From the NCBI GenBank assembly GCA_963792415.1, contig CAWBVY010000001.1, positions 62,025-126,024 on the forward strand: a DNA stretch of 64,000 nucleotides, read 5' to 3'. Position 1 is the stretch's first letter. Every line of letters begins with the position of its first letter. The notes beneath the pieces are model-generated. The model saw only the letters and a list, made by a program, of their open reading frames with translations, did no database searches and was not told where the DNA came from. The stretch is from Candidatus Deferrimicrobiaceae bacterium (GTDB taxonomy: Bacteria; Desulfobacterota; Deferrimicrobia; Deferrimicrobiales; Deferrimicrobiaceae). The position numbers were made by a program, and so were the translations under genes. This document shows positions 1 through 12,477 of the stretch, piece after piece.

Positions 1-1410
1 GACGCACGTCTTCCCCATCTGGCGGGCGACGACCGCCGCGTGGGACGTCATCCCCCCCTTCGCGGTGAGGATCCCCCGGGCCACGCCCATCCCGTGGATG
101 TCGTCGGGACTCGTCTCCTTCCGGACCAGGACCACGTCCTTCCCCTCGGTGGCCCACTCCACCGCCCTGTCGGAGTGAAAAACCGCCACGCCGGTCGCGG
201 CGCCGGGGGAGGCCGGGAGCCCCCTTGCGATGACGTCGAGCCTGGCCTTCGGGTCGATCACCGGGTGCAGCAGCTGATGGATCTGGCGGGGCTCGAGGCG
301 CAGGAGCGCCTCCTCCTTCGTGATCAGCTTCTCCTTGACCATGTCCGCGGCGATCTTTACGGCCGCGGCCGGGGTCCGCTTCCCGTTCCGCGTCTGGAGC
401 ATGTACAAGGTTTTTTTCTCGATGGTGAACTCGAAATCCTGGAGGTCCCTGTAATGCTTCTCCAGCTTCGCGGTGATCCGCATCAACTGGTCGAAGACCT
501 TCGGGAAGTCCTTCTTCATGTCGCGGATCGGGCGCGGGGTGCGGGTACCGGCGACGACGTCCTCGCCCTGCGCGTTGACGAGGTACTCACCGTAATACTC
601 CCTGGCGCCCGTGGCCGGGTTTCGCGTGAAGCCGACGCCGGTGGCGCAATCGTCGCCCATGTTTCCGAACACCATCGCCTGGACGTTCACCGCCGTGCCG
701 ATGTCGTCCGGAATCCCGTTCGTCTTCCGGTAATATTTCGCCCGGTCGTTGTTCCACGATCGGAACACGGCGTCCCGCGCCAGTTCCAGCTGGATCCGCG
801 GATCCTGCGGGAACTCCTTCCTCAAGCTCCTTTTCACGAGCGCCTTGAACTCCCCGCACACGTTCATGAGGTCTTCGGCGGCCAGGTCGACGTCGTAGGC
901 GACGCCGCGCTCCTGCTTCTTTTCGGCGATGATCTGTTCGAAACCGCTCTTGGGGAGATCGAGCACCGCGTCGGAAAACATCATCAGGAAGCGGCAGTAG
1001 GAATCGTACGCGAACCGGGGGTCGCTGGACTTCCTCGCAAGCCCTTCCACCGTCTTGTCGTTCAGCCCGAGGTTGAGGACCGTTTCCATCATGCCCGGCG
1101 TGGGGAACTTCGCCCCCGACCGGACGGAGACGAGCAGCGGGTTTTTCGGATCGCCGAGCTTCCTGCCGATCGCACGCTCGAGTTTCGCGAGGTTCGTGGC
1201 GATCTCCGCCTTGAGATCCTGGGGAAGTTTTCCGCGATTCCTGTAATACAGGCTGCACGCCTCGGTGCCGATGGTAAACCCCGGAGGAACCGGCATGCCG
1301 AGGTTCGTCATCTCGGCGAGCCCCGCTCCTTTCCCGCCGAGGACGTCCTCCATCGCGCCGTTCCCTTCGGCTTTCCCCCCCCCGAAGAAGAAGATCCGTT
1401 TCACCGCCAT
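1..1410 (-). CDS. ppdK: Pyruvate, phosphate dikinase, N-terminal part; the gene runs off the window start.
   Basis: Reverse-strand translation from ATG at 1408-1410 reads MAVKRIFFFGGGKAEGNGAMEDVLGGKGAGLAEM...PVPPGFTIGTEAC, the PPDK ATP-grasp N-terminus. A GGAGGAG RBS sits upstream. The frame stays open to position 1. The ORF table did not list it because it is truncated. Confidence 0.85.
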   Translation of the reverse strand, partial: MAVKRIFFFGGGKAEGNGAMEDVLGGKGAGLAEMTNLGMPVPPGFTIGTEACSLYYRNRGKLPQDLKAEIATNLAKLERAIGRKLGDPKNPLLVSVRSGAKFPTPGMMETVLNLGLNDKTVEGLARKSSDPRFAYDSYCRFLMMFSDAVLDLPKSGFEQIIAEKKQERGVAYDVDLAAEDLMNVCGEFKALVKRSLRKEFPQDPRIQLELARDAVFRSWNNDRAKYYRKTNGIPDDIGTAVNVQAMVFGNMGDDCATGVGFTRNPATGAREYYGEYLVNAQGEDVVAGTRTPRPIRDMKKDFPKVFDQLMRITAKLEKHYRDLQDFEFTIEKKTLYMLQTRNGKRTPAAAVKIAADMVKEKLITKEEALLRLEPRQIHQLLHPVIDPKARLDVIARGLPASPGAATGVAVFHSDRAVEWATEGKDVVLVRKETSPDDIHGMGVARGILTAKGGMTSHAAVVARQMGKTCV

Positions 1411-1425
1411 TCGCCGCTCCTCCGA

Positions 1426-3516
1426 TCACCCTGGTTTCGATTGCCCGGGAGACGCCACCTTCGAAAAATCCGCCACCGACGCGAAAACCGCCGACAGCCC
1501 CTTCAGGAGGGCGAGCCGGTTGTTCCGGACCGATTCGTCCTTCGCCATCACGAGCACTTTTTCGAAGAAGGCGGCCACCAGCGGCTGGAGCCCCGCCATT
1601 TCGCGGAACGCCTCGCCGTACCGCCCGTCTCGGGCCGCCGCCACGACGCGGCCCGAGACATCGGCCGCTGCCGCGTGGAGTGCCCGCTCTTCGTCGTGTT
1701 CGAAGAACTTCTCCGAGACCGCGAGGGGACCGTCGTACGCCTTGGTGATGTTGATCGCGCGCTTGAAGACCTCCGCGAGGGGATCGAACGCCGCGTCCCC
1801 CCGGAAGGCGACCAGCGCATCGAGCTTCGCCCGAAGGTCCACCACGTCCGTGAGCCCCGGAGCCAGGACCGCCTCGACGAGGTCGGCCGGCGCCCCCTGG
1901 GAAACCAGGAGGTTCAGGTAGCGCGCGACGATGAATTCGAGGACCTTCTTCCGCACCTCGGCGGCCGGCAAGGTGAGCTTCGGCGCGAGGGTCGCGAGGG
2001 ACCGGTCCACCAGATCCGCGATCGGGATCCTGAGCCCCCGCGATTCGAGGATGGTGAGGATCCCCAGCGTGTGACGCCGGAGGCCGTAAGGGTCCGCGGT
2101 TCCGGTAGGGATGAGGCCCACTCCGAAGCAGCCGCACACCATGTCGATCTTGTCGGCGATCGCCGTCGCGGCCCCCACGTCCGTGGACGGAAGGTCGTCG
2201 GACTGTCCCTTCGGCAGATAGTGCTCGAACACGGACTGCGCGATCTCGGCCGACTCGCCGGTCTTCGAAGCGTAGTGCCGACCCATCACCCCCTGCAGCT
2301 CCGGAAACTCCTTGATGACGCCGGTCGTCAGGTCGGCCTTGCTGAGGAACGCCGCGCGGCGGCAATCCTCCGCCTTCTCGGGGAAACCGAAGGAGGCGAC
2401 GAACTCCCCGATATCGGCCATCCGCTCGACTTTTTCCCAGTACGTTCCCATGTCCGCCTGGAAAAGGACTTTCTTCAGCGCCTCGGAGCGGGCGAACAGG
2501 GGCTTCTTCAGGTCGTCCCCGTAGTAAAACTCGGCATCGGAGAGCCGGGCCCGGAGGACCCGCTCGTTCCCGGCGACGACCACCGACTCGTCGGGAACGA
2601 TCATGTTCGAAACGAAGGCGAACCCCGGGAACAGGTCTCCCTTCGCATCCTCGAAGACGAAATATTTCTGGTTGTTCCTCATCGAGGTGACGAGAACCTC
2701 CCTGGGAAGCGAGAGGTACTTCTCCTCGAACCGCCCCACCATGACGACGGGGTATTCCACGAGGTTCGCCACGGTCTCGACGAGCGGTTCGTCCTCCACC
2801 CACGTCATGCCGATTCGCTTTTCGGCCTCCCGGATCCCCTGGCGGATCCTCCCCTTCCGGTCTTCGAGGTCCACGAGCACCCGCGCCTTCGCAAGCATTC
2901 CGGGATACGCCTCGGTCGACGGGAGCTCGATGGCCGCGGGGGCGAGGAACCGGTGCCCGAAGGTCGTCCGCCCCGCGGCGACGTTGCCGAACGAAAACGG
3001 CAGGACCTCGTCCCCGTACAGCGAGACGATCCAATGGACCGGGCGGGCGAACCGCACGTCGAGGTCGGCCCACCGCATGGACTTCTTGAACGGAATCGCG
3101 GGGAGGAAGTCGGCGACGATCTTCGGAAGGATCTCCTGGACCGGGCGGGCCGCCTCCTCGCGAACGAAGCCGAGGTAGTCGCCGCGATCGGTCGGAAACA
3201 CGGTAAGTCCGGAGACGTCGATCCCCTGGGACTTCGCGAATCCAAGGGCCGCCTTCGTCGGCTTGCCGGCGGCATCGAGCCCCACGCTCTTCGGCGGGCC
3301 CATCACGGTCTCTTTCGACGCCGCCTGACGGTCCTCGAGGTCGCGGATAACGTACGTAAGCCGCCGCGGGGTGCCGTAGATGTCGACCTTCCGGAAGGAG
3401 AGGCGGGCCTTTTTCAGCGTCCCCTCGAACTGCTGGCTTCCGAACCAGAGCGCGGGGCCGACGAATCCCGCCGGGATTTCCTCGCAGCCGATCTCGAGCA
3501 GGTAGTCACGTTCCAT
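1426..3516 (-). CDS. glyS: Glycine--tRNA ligase beta subunit
   Basis: 696-aa ORF with full-length similarity to GlyS and the classic glyQ-glyS tandem. Confidence 0.95.
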   Translation of the reverse strand: MERDYLLEIGCEEIPAGFVGPALWFGSQQFEGTLKKARLSFRKVDIYGTPRRLTYVIRDLEDRQAASKETVMGPPKSVGLDAAGKPTKAALGFAKSQGIDVSGLTVFPTDRGDYLGFVREEAARPVQEILPKIVADFLPAIPFKKSMRWADLDVRFARPVHWIVSLYGDEVLPFSFGNVAAGRTTFGHRFLAPAAIELPSTEAYPGMLAKARVLVDLEDRKGRIRQGIREAEKRIGMTWVEDEPLVETVANLVEYPVVMVGRFEEKYLSLPREVLVTSMRNNQKYFVFEDAKGDLFPGFAFVSNMIVPDESVVVAGNERVLRARLSDAEFYYGDDLKKPLFARSEALKKVLFQADMGTYWEKVERMADIGEFVASFGFPEKAEDCRRAAFLSKADLTTGVIKEFPELQGVMGRHYASKTGESAEIAQSVFEHYLPKGQSDDLPSTDVGAATAIADKIDMVCGCFGVGLIPTGTADPYGLRRHTLGILTILESRGLRIPIADLVDRSLATLAPKLTLPAAEVRKKVLEFIVARYLNLLVSQGAPADLVEAVLAPGLTDVVDLRAKLDALVAFRGDAAFDPLAEVFKRAINITKAYDGPLAVSEKFFEHDEERALHAAAADVSGRVVAAARDGRYGEAFREMAGLQPLVAAFFEKVLVMAKDESVRNNRLALLKGLSAVFASVADFSKVASPGQSKPG

Positions 3517-3574
3517 CGGAATTCCTCTTCGCGGGTGGTTTCTTTGCGGGCCGTTTCATGAACAGGCCACCGAC

Positions 3575-4453
<879 letters not shown>

Positions 4454-4481
4454 CGTTCCCTCCCGGTGAAAGTGATAGGGA

Positions 4482-4511
4482 TAGTTATCATCCGGCGGGA
4501 GGGGTTGTCAA
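4482..4511 (-). promoter_or_regulatory. Candidate sigma70 promoter for glyQS: perfect -35 TTGACA and a weak -10.
   Basis: On the minus strand, TTGACA (forward 4506-4511) is followed 17-18 nt later by ATAACT/TAACTA, about 25 nt upstream of the glyQ GTG. The -10 element is poor. Confidence 0.2.
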
Positions 4512-4552
4512 GCCAAATCATTGAAAAATTGAGGGGTTATAGCACTCGAAGG

Positions 4553-5287
4553 TCATTTCTTGCCCAGGCTCCGGAGACGCTTGCCCAAGCAATACTCGAC
4601 ATATCCTGGGATAACCGTCCGTAATTCCTCGGCAATCACAACAGGAATCCGGAGTCGACCCCGCCCCGTGGTCTTCCCCGCCTGCAGGGCGCGCCATGTC
4701 TTCACGGCGCCGAGGGAGAGGGGGACCCCCCCCAGGGGGTTGCAGGCTCCGCACAGGACCCCCCCCTCTGCATCGAGAAAGCGGTACGACCGACCCTCCT
4801 TCTCCCTGCATCTCCGGCACCCGGAGAGGTCGGGCCCCCACCCGGCGATGACGAGGAATTCGGCCTCGGCCCTTCGGGCGGCCTCCGGCGGCGACTCCCC
4901 GTCCGCGATCGAACGCAACCCCCGCAGAAGGACCTCGAACGCCCGCGGCTTCCCCCCCCCCTGTGGAAAAAGCTCCGACGCGATCTCGAGCAGGTGGTCC
5001 GCGTGTCGCACGCGTTCCCAATCCTCCACGATCCCCCAGAAACTCCGGTTCACGGAGGCGGAGGAAAGGACGGCCATCCGCCCCGTATGCTGCGTCCACG
5101 CAATGTCGAGGAGGACGTACCGCTGCAGGGCGCCGCCGAACCGTTTCCGGCTGCGCCACGCGGATTTTCCGACGGTCACGAGAACTCCGGCGTCCCGGGT
5201 GAAGAAGGTGAGGCGTCGGTCGGCCTCCCCGAGGTCGATGGCGCGGGCGAGGAATGCGGGAGAGGAGTGGAAGGAGGGCCGGATCAC
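4553..5287 (-). CDS. recO: DNA repair protein RecO
   Basis: OB-fold N-terminus (…AFLARAIDLGEADRRLTFFTRDAGVLVTVGKSAWRSRKRFGGALQ…) and a C-terminal zinc motif (CRRC…CGAC). The start is placed at a GTG that overlaps the rodZ-like stop (GTGA), by alignment to E. coli RecO. The longer ORF-table start is an R-rich extension. Confidence 0.8.
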   Translation of the reverse strand: MIRPSFHSSPAFLARAIDLGEADRRLTFFTRDAGVLVTVGKSAWRSRKRFGGALQRYVLLDIAWTQHTGRMAVLSSASVNRSFWGIVEDWERVRHADHLLEIASELFPQGGGKPRAFEVLLRGLRSIADGESPPEAARRAEAEFLVIAGWGPDLSGCRRCREKEGRSYRFLDAEGGVLCGACNPLGGVPLSLGAVKTWRALQAGKTTGRGRLRIPVVIAEELRTVIPGYVEYCLGKRLRSLGKK

Positions 5288-6043
5288 TGGCCGAAGGTGA
5301 TCTTCTGGACCTGCCCCCGTTCTCCGAACGGCGGCAGCCGCCGGCCGTTCAGCGTTCCCGTGACGCCTCCCGCGTTGCCGAGTTTCAGGGTGATCCGTTT
5401 CCCGGCGTGGATGCTGATCTTGTCGCCGGCGTACAGCATCACATCGATCGGGTCGCCGTCGTCGAAGCTGTACATCACCCACGCGAGCTCGCTCGCCTCG
5501 AGGAACAGCTGGAAGGGGCCGACGAGGGGGCCGGAGTCGCCCACCGCCGTCACCGACGACGCAGGTTCCGCCGGAGCCGGCGGGACCTGCGTCGGTGGAA
5601 CGGCCGGCGCCGTCGTGTTATCGACCCCTGAAGGGAGGGCGACCGCCGGCGGGGAAGGAACCGCGACGACCGCGGGGGGCGGCGACGGCAACGGACGGCG
5701 CTCGGTGTGGAGGGACACCCAGGCGAGGATCAGTCCGACAAGAAGAACCGCCCCGGCGGCAACGGTGTAGGTCGCCCGGCGGCTCCCCCGCTCCCGCTCC
5801 CGCTCCACCCACCCGAACCGAAGCTGCGCGGCCATTTCGCTGTCGTCACGGATCCCGATCGACTGCTCGTACTCGGCGAGAACGGCCCCCGGATCCTCGG
5901 AGAGGTATTTGGCGTAACGCGCGGATGAAGCCGGTGGAGAACACGCGCTCCGGGAAATCCCGGAAGTCCCCTTCCTCGATCCCCGCGAGATACCGGCGAC
6001 TGATCCGAAGCTCGGTGGAAACCTGGTCGATCGTCTTCCCCAT
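5284..6043 (-). CDS. rodZ: RodZ-like protein (N-terminal XRE-type HTH, TM helix, C-terminal DUF4115), interrupted by an apparent 1-nt frameshift near 5913-5918.
   Basis: The HTH (MGKTIDQVSTELRISRRYLAGIEEGDFRDFPERVFSTGFIRA…) starts at ATG 6041-6043. After FIRA the frame decays. The +1 frame continues …YAKYLSEDPGAVLAEYEQS…MAAQLRFGW…, a TM helix and DUF4115 (…DPIDVMLYAGDKISIHAGKRITLKLGNAGGVTGTLNGRRL…). Confidence 0.7.
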
Positions 6044-6087
6044 CCTCTCGCGGCGTTCCTTCCAGGAGGAACCGGCGTATCCCGGCC

Positions 6088-6843
6088 TCATCGCTTCCCC
6101 GGTCCGAGCAGCGTCACGTAGGACGCCGCCTGTTTTCTTTCTTCGGGATCGCTCGATACCGTGAGAACCTTGTCGAACGCCTTCAACGCATCCTCCGGCC
6201 GCGAGAGGCGGAGCCAGGCGCGCCCCAGTGCCATCCAGCCCGGGGAGTAGTCGGGAAGGACCTCCACGCAGCGGGTGAGGACGGACGCCGCGTCGGCCCA
6301 CCTTCCCTGTCCGCCGAGGACCCCGGAGAGTGCGATATAGGCCGGTGCGTACCGGTCGTTCGCCCGCAACGCCCGCCGGTAGGCACCCTCCGCGTTCGCG
6401 GGATCCCCTTTGGCGCGATACGCCTCGCCGAGATTGAAATACGCCCGTTCCGGGGTCTTGTACATCACGTTCGCCGCGGCCGCCTCGAACTCTGGGATCG
6501 CCTTGTCCCACTCCTTGCGCTCCGCGAGGACGATGCCGAGGTTGTTCCGCGCCTCGGCGTAATCCGACTTCATGGAAATCGCCCGGCGGAGATGCTCCTC
6601 GGCCTTCGACAGATCGCCGCGCGCCTGGTAAGTGAGGCCGAGAACCATCTCCACTTCCGCGTTCTCCGGATCGAGTTCCGATGCCTTCGTCAGCTCCTGC
6701 ATCGCCATCGGCAGGTTCCGCTGGTCGAGATAGGTCACGCCCATCCGCATCCGCGCATCGGCTTCCTGCTTCCGATTCGCGGAGTTCCCGGCGCACCCCG
6801 CGAGGATCGCCGCGAAGAGGCATACCAAGGAGAGGAACGGCAT
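6088..6843 (-). CDS. TPR-repeat lipoprotein (PilF/TadD-like)
   Basis: Lipoprotein signal MPFLSLVCLFAAILAGCAG (lipobox LAGC) followed by TPR repeats. Only the C-terminal 251 aa of the 547-aa table ORF look like protein; the upstream part is R-rich junk. Confidence 0.75.
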   Translation of the reverse strand: MPFLSLVCLFAAILAGCAGNSANRKQEADARMRMGVTYLDQRNLPMAMQELTKASELDPENAEVEMVLGLTYQARGDLSKAEEHLRRAISMKSDYAEARNNLGIVLAERKEWDKAIPEFEAAAANVMYKTPERAYFNLGEAYRAKGDPANAEGAYRRALRANDRYAPAYIALSGVLGGQGRWADAASVLTRCVEVLPDYSPGWMALGRAWLRLSRPEDALKAFDKVLTVSSDPEERKQAASYVTLLGPGKR

Positions 6844-6857
6844 TTCCCGGGGACGGA

Positions 6858-7715
6858 TCACAGGTATTTCCCGATCAGAAGGTCGAGGCGCCGGCGTGCC
6901 GCCGGCGGGATCCGCTTCCGGTCCGTGATGATCGCGTATTTCAGCGCCTCGCCGCACCGGCACCCCCCCGGAAGAGGCAAGCGGAGGGCGATCTCCCGGA
7001 CGATCCTCTTCGAGTTCTCCACGTTGCGGCGCAGGAGGTCGAGAATCGCCTCGATCGACACATCGTCCTGCGTCTCGTGCCAGCAGTCGTAGTCGGTCGC
7101 CAGCGCGAGCGTCGCGTAGCAGATCTCCGCTTCGCGGGCGAGTTTCGCCTCCGGCATGTTCGTCATCCCGATGACATCGACCCCCCATTTCCTGTAGATT
7201 CGGGATTCGGCGCGCGTGGAGAAGGCCGGCCCCTCCATGCAAAGGTACGCCCCCCCCCGATGGACGCGCCGTACGACCTTGCGCGCCGCCGCGTACGCCA
7301 CGGCGGAGAGGTCCGGGCAGACCGGGTCGGCGAAGGCGACGTGCCCCGCCACGCCGTCGCTGAAGAAGGTGTTCGGCCGCAGCCGCGTGTGATCGAAGAA
7401 CTGGTCGACGACGACGATGTCTCCCGGCCGGATCCGTTCCTTCATGCTGCCGACGGCCGAGATCGAAAGGATCGCCCCGGCGCCGATCTTCTTCATCGCG
7501 TAGATGTTTGCGCGGTAGTTGATCTGCGAGGGGGAGAACCGGTGTCCCTTCCCGTGGCGGGGCAGGAACGCGAGCGTCCTCCCCTCGAGCTCGCCCACGG
7601 TGATCGCGTCGGACGGCGCGCCGAAGGGCGTCCGGACGACGACCTGCCGGACGTTCTTCATCCCCTCCATCTCGTAGAGGCCGGAACCGCCGATGATGCC
7701 AAGGATGCCCGTCAT
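6858..7715 (-). CDS. mtnP: S-methyl-5'-thioadenosine phosphorylase
   Basis: 285 aa with MTAP/PNP-family conservation (GIIGGSGLY…, MTNMPEAKLAREAEICYATLALATDYDCW). Confidence 0.9.
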   Translation of the reverse strand: MTGILGIIGGSGLYEMEGMKNVRQVVVRTPFGAPSDAITVGELEGRTLAFLPRHGKGHRFSPSQINYRANIYAMKKIGAGAILSISAVGSMKERIRPGDIVVVDQFFDHTRLRPNTFFSDGVAGHVAFADPVCPDLSAVAYAAARKVVRRVHRGGAYLCMEGPAFSTRAESRIYRKWGVDVIGMTNMPEAKLAREAEICYATLALATDYDCWHETQDDVSIEAILDLLRRNVENSKRIVREIALRLPLPGGCRCGEALKYAIITDRKRIPPAARRRLDLLIGKYL

Positions 7716-7776
7716 GAAACCTTCCTTCCACCGCGTGGAATAACCTATAAGACTATAGGCAGATCGGGAACGGCGC

Positions 7777-8835
7777 TCAACCCCTTTTTCCCCCGGCAGC
7801 GATCCGCAATTGCCCGCAGGCGGCGCGGATATCGGCGCCCCTCCGCTCGCGGGTGATCGTCTGGACCCCTCCCGCGATGAGAATCTTCCGGAACCGGATC
7901 AGCGTTTCCGCCTCCGGCGCCCGGTGCGGCGACCCTTCGTGCGGGTTGCAGGAGATGAGGTTGACCTTGATCCGCCCGCCGCGGAACAGGCGGGAGAGCG
8001 CAAGGGCGTCCTCGGCCGAATCGTTCACGCCCGCCAGCAGGACATACTCCGCGGACACCTTTCGCCCGCTTTGCAATGGTATCCGCCGCATCGCGGCGAC
8101 GACCTCCTTCAGCGGATATTTCCGGTTGACCGGCATCAGGAGGGAACGGAGATCGTCCCGGGCGGCGTTGATCGAGACCGCGAAGCTGACGGGGAATCGC
8201 AGCGCGAGCGGGAGCATCTCCGGAACGATCCCCGCCGTGGAGACGGTGACCCGCTTGCCGGAGATGCCGAACCCGAACTGCGAAAGGAGGATCCCGATCG
8301 CCCGCGAAACTTCCGGAACGTTCAGCAGCGGCTCCCCCATTCCCATGAAGACGACGTTCGACAGGCGCTCCCCCCGTTCCGCAAGTCGCTTCGCGGCGAA
8401 ACAGGCCTGCTGGACGATCTCGGCGGAGGTCATGTTCCTCTGGAAGCCGGCTTCGCCGGTCGCGCAGAAGCCGCACAGGAGCGGGCACCCCACCTGGGAG
8501 GAGATGCACAAGGTGCGCCGCCCCTCGTCCGGGATCAGGACGCTTTCGACCGCCTCGCCGTCCGCGAGCCGGAAGAGGTACTTCTCCGTCCCGTCGGAGG
8601 AGATCTCGACGCGCTCCGCCGTGAAACCCGAAATGCGGCACGACGCCGCGAGGATTCCCCGCAGCTCCTTCGACAGGTCCGTCATCGCGGCGAAGTCGCC
8701 GGCATGTTTCTGATAGATCCAGCGGAAGAGCTGCCGGGCGCGGTACCGCTCCTTCCCCCACCGGGATAGGAACTCCTCCAGCTCGGGGAGCGTCATCCCC
8801 TTCAGATCCATCCGTTCGGCACTCACGCCCGTCAT
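7777..8835 (-). CDS. rlmN: 23S rRNA (adenine2503-C2)-methyltransferase RlmN (radical SAM)
   Basis: 352 aa with CPLLCGFCATG radical-SAM motif and an RlmN/Cfr family profile. Confidence 0.9.
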   Translation of the reverse strand: MTGVSAERMDLKGMTLPELEEFLSRWGKERYRARQLFRWIYQKHAGDFAAMTDLSKELRGILAASCRISGFTAERVEISSDGTEKYLFRLADGEAVESVLIPDEGRRTLCISSQVGCPLLCGFCATGEAGFQRNMTSAEIVQQACFAAKRLAERGERLSNVVFMGMGEPLLNVPEVSRAIGILLSQFGFGISGKRVTVSTAGIVPEMLPLALRFPVSFAVSINAARDDLRSLLMPVNRKYPLKEVVAAMRRIPLQSGRKVSAEYVLLAGVNDSAEDALALSRLFRGGRIKVNLISCNPHEGSPHRAPEAETLIRFRKILIAGGVQTITRERRGADIRAACGQLRIAAGGKRG

Positions 8836-8928
8836 CGTTTCACTTTACCACTGCCAAACGCCTGCCGGGACGACGCTTCTCCGAAGGGGGGCTCCCCGCT
8901 CGCATCCGGGACTCCCCCTAGGCTGCGC

Positions 8929-9038
8929 CGCCTCGGAGGGCGGGGCTCCGTTCGTGGCTCGCCGTGCGGTGAACCTGCACGGCTGCGCTTTACCTCACTG
9001 CGCCCCCCTCCTGCGGCGACTCCGCCGGACCCTCCCGT
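8929..9038. repeat. Intergenic structured repeat, module 1, copy A (110 bp).
   Basis: 96% identical over 110 bp to 40893-41002. It contains hairpins CGGAG-GGCGGGG-CTCCG and GCCGTGCG-(A/G)TGAACC-(C/T)GCACGGC. The A/B difference in the second hairpin turns a G-C pair into a G-T pair. Confidence 0.8.
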
Positions 9039-9066
9039 TCCGTACGCCGCACCGTGGAACCCCCCG

Positions 9067-9138
9067 TGTGCCCCCCGTTTATCCTACAGCGGGGGTACCC
9101 CAGGGAGCGCTATTCGTATGGGAGTGGGGTGCGCTCAC
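9067..9138. repeat. Intergenic repeat, module 2, copy A (about 70 bp, contains palindrome GGGGTACCCC).
   Basis: About 85% identical to the reverse complement of 41021-41090. Relative to module 1 the orientation is opposite in the two copies. Confidence 0.75.
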
Positions 9139-9146
9139 CTCTGCGG

Positions 9147-9186
9147 AAAAAAGCCCGGGTTGCGTTCCCGCAACCCGGGCTTATTT
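9147..9186 (-). terminator. Rho-independent terminator of icd; symmetric, so potentially bidirectional.
   Basis: AAAAAA-GCCCGGGTTGCG-ttcc-CGCAACCCGGGC-TTATTT. On the minus strand this is a 12-bp GC stem followed by UUUUUU, 20 nt after the icd stop. Confidence 0.75.
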
Positions 9187-9205
9187 CGGCAAGATTGGCG
9201 ATCGG

Positions 9206-11491
<2,286 letters not shown>

Positions 11492-11896
11492 TTAACTTAC
11501 AATATCCAAATCACTGAAAAAGTAGCTTATTTCTGTTTTTGCCGTCTCCGGGGCATCGGAGCCGTGGACGATGTTCTGCTCCACGTTGTCGGCCAGGTCG
11601 GCCCGGATCGTCCCCCGGTCGGCCTTCTTCGGATCGGTGGCCCCCATCAGGAGACGGTTGCGCGCGATGACGTTCTCCCCTTCCAGCACCATCGCGACGA
11701 TCGGGCCCGACGACATGAATTCGGTGAGCGAGCCGAAGAAGGGACGCTCCCGGTGGACGGCGTAGAACCCCTCCGCCTCCTTTTTCGTGAGGTGGAGCAT
11801 CCGCATCGCCACGACGCGGATCCCCGACGCCTCGAACCGCCGGATCACCTCGCCCACGACCCCCTTGCGGACCCCGTCGGGCTTCACGATCGACAA
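11492..11896 (-). CDS. ndk: Nucleoside-diphosphate kinase
   Basis: …SIVKPDGV…, the HGSD active site, and [19 protein letters not shown] start, with an in-frame stop just upstream. Confidence 0.9.
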   Translation of the reverse strand: MSIVKPDGVRKGVVGEVIRRFEASGIRVVAMRMLHLTKKEAEGFYAVHRERPFFGSLTEFMSSGPIVAMVLEGENVIARNRLLMGATDPKKADRGTIRADLADNVEQNIVHGSDAPETAKTEISYFFSDLDIVS

Positions 11897-11923
11897 GGTG
11901 CGCTGCGATTCCCGCGGGGTGCG

Positions 11924-12472
11924 TCATTTCGCCTTCGCCTTCGCGAGGCCGTACCCGGCCATCAGCGCCTTCTTGTTCAGCTCTTCCGTCCCCTTCGGGA
12001 CGCGGGAGAGGACCGCCTTCTCCACCGCCTCGATGCTCACCTGCCCGGACATCGCGGCGATGGCGCCGATCGCCACGATGTTGGCGACGAACGCCTTCCC
12101 GATCTCCTCGGACGCGGTCCGGATGATGGGAAGCTTGATCACCTTGAAGGTCCCCTTGGGGATCTCCTTCACGAAGTCCTCGTCGACCAGCAGGGTGCCG
12201 TTCGGCTTGATATCCTTGTAATACTTCGAACACGCCTCCTGGGTGAGGGCGAGCATCATGTCGATCTCGGTGGCCTTCGGGAAGTCGATCGTCTTGTCGG
12301 AGATGATGACCTCCGACTTGGAGGCGCCGCCGCGGGCCTCGGGCCCGTACGACTGGCTCTGGACGGCGGTCTTCTTGTCGTAGATGGTCGCCGCCTCGGC
12401 GAAGATGACGCCGGCGAGGATCAGCCCCTGCCCGCCGGAGCCGGAGAAACGGATCTCGTATCGTCCGCTCAT
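11924..12472 (-). CDS. korC: 2-oxoglutarate:ferredoxin oxidoreductase, gamma subunit
   Basis: 182 aa from ATG 12470-12472 (MSGRYEIRFSGSGGQGLILAG…), the Por/Kor gamma fold. The longer table ORF upstream is spurious. Confidence 0.85.
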   Translation of the reverse strand: MSGRYEIRFSGSGGQGLILAGVIFAEAATIYDKKTAVQSQSYGPEARGGASKSEVIISDKTIDFPKATEIDMMLALTQEACSKYYKDIKPNGTLLVDEDFVKEIPKGTFKVIKLPIIRTASEEIGKAFVANIVAIGAIAAMSGQVSIEAVEKAVLSRVPKGTEELNKKALMAGYGLAKAKAK

Positions 12473-12477
12473 CGGTT

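Noticed and set aside
40-3561. 1173-aa plus-strand ORF (and the 828-aa minus-strand ORF at 587-3073) across ppdK and glyS.
   Set aside because: Arg/Pro/Gly-rich, low-complexity translations, typical of wrong-frame and antisense reading in 68% GC DNA. The same DNA encodes clear PpdK and GlyS on the minus strand.
4454-4552. Lower-GC spacer between glyQ and recO, checked for a small RNA or riboswitch.
   Set aside because: Only a perfect TTGACA with a poor -10 was found. It is reported as a low-confidence promoter and nothing more.
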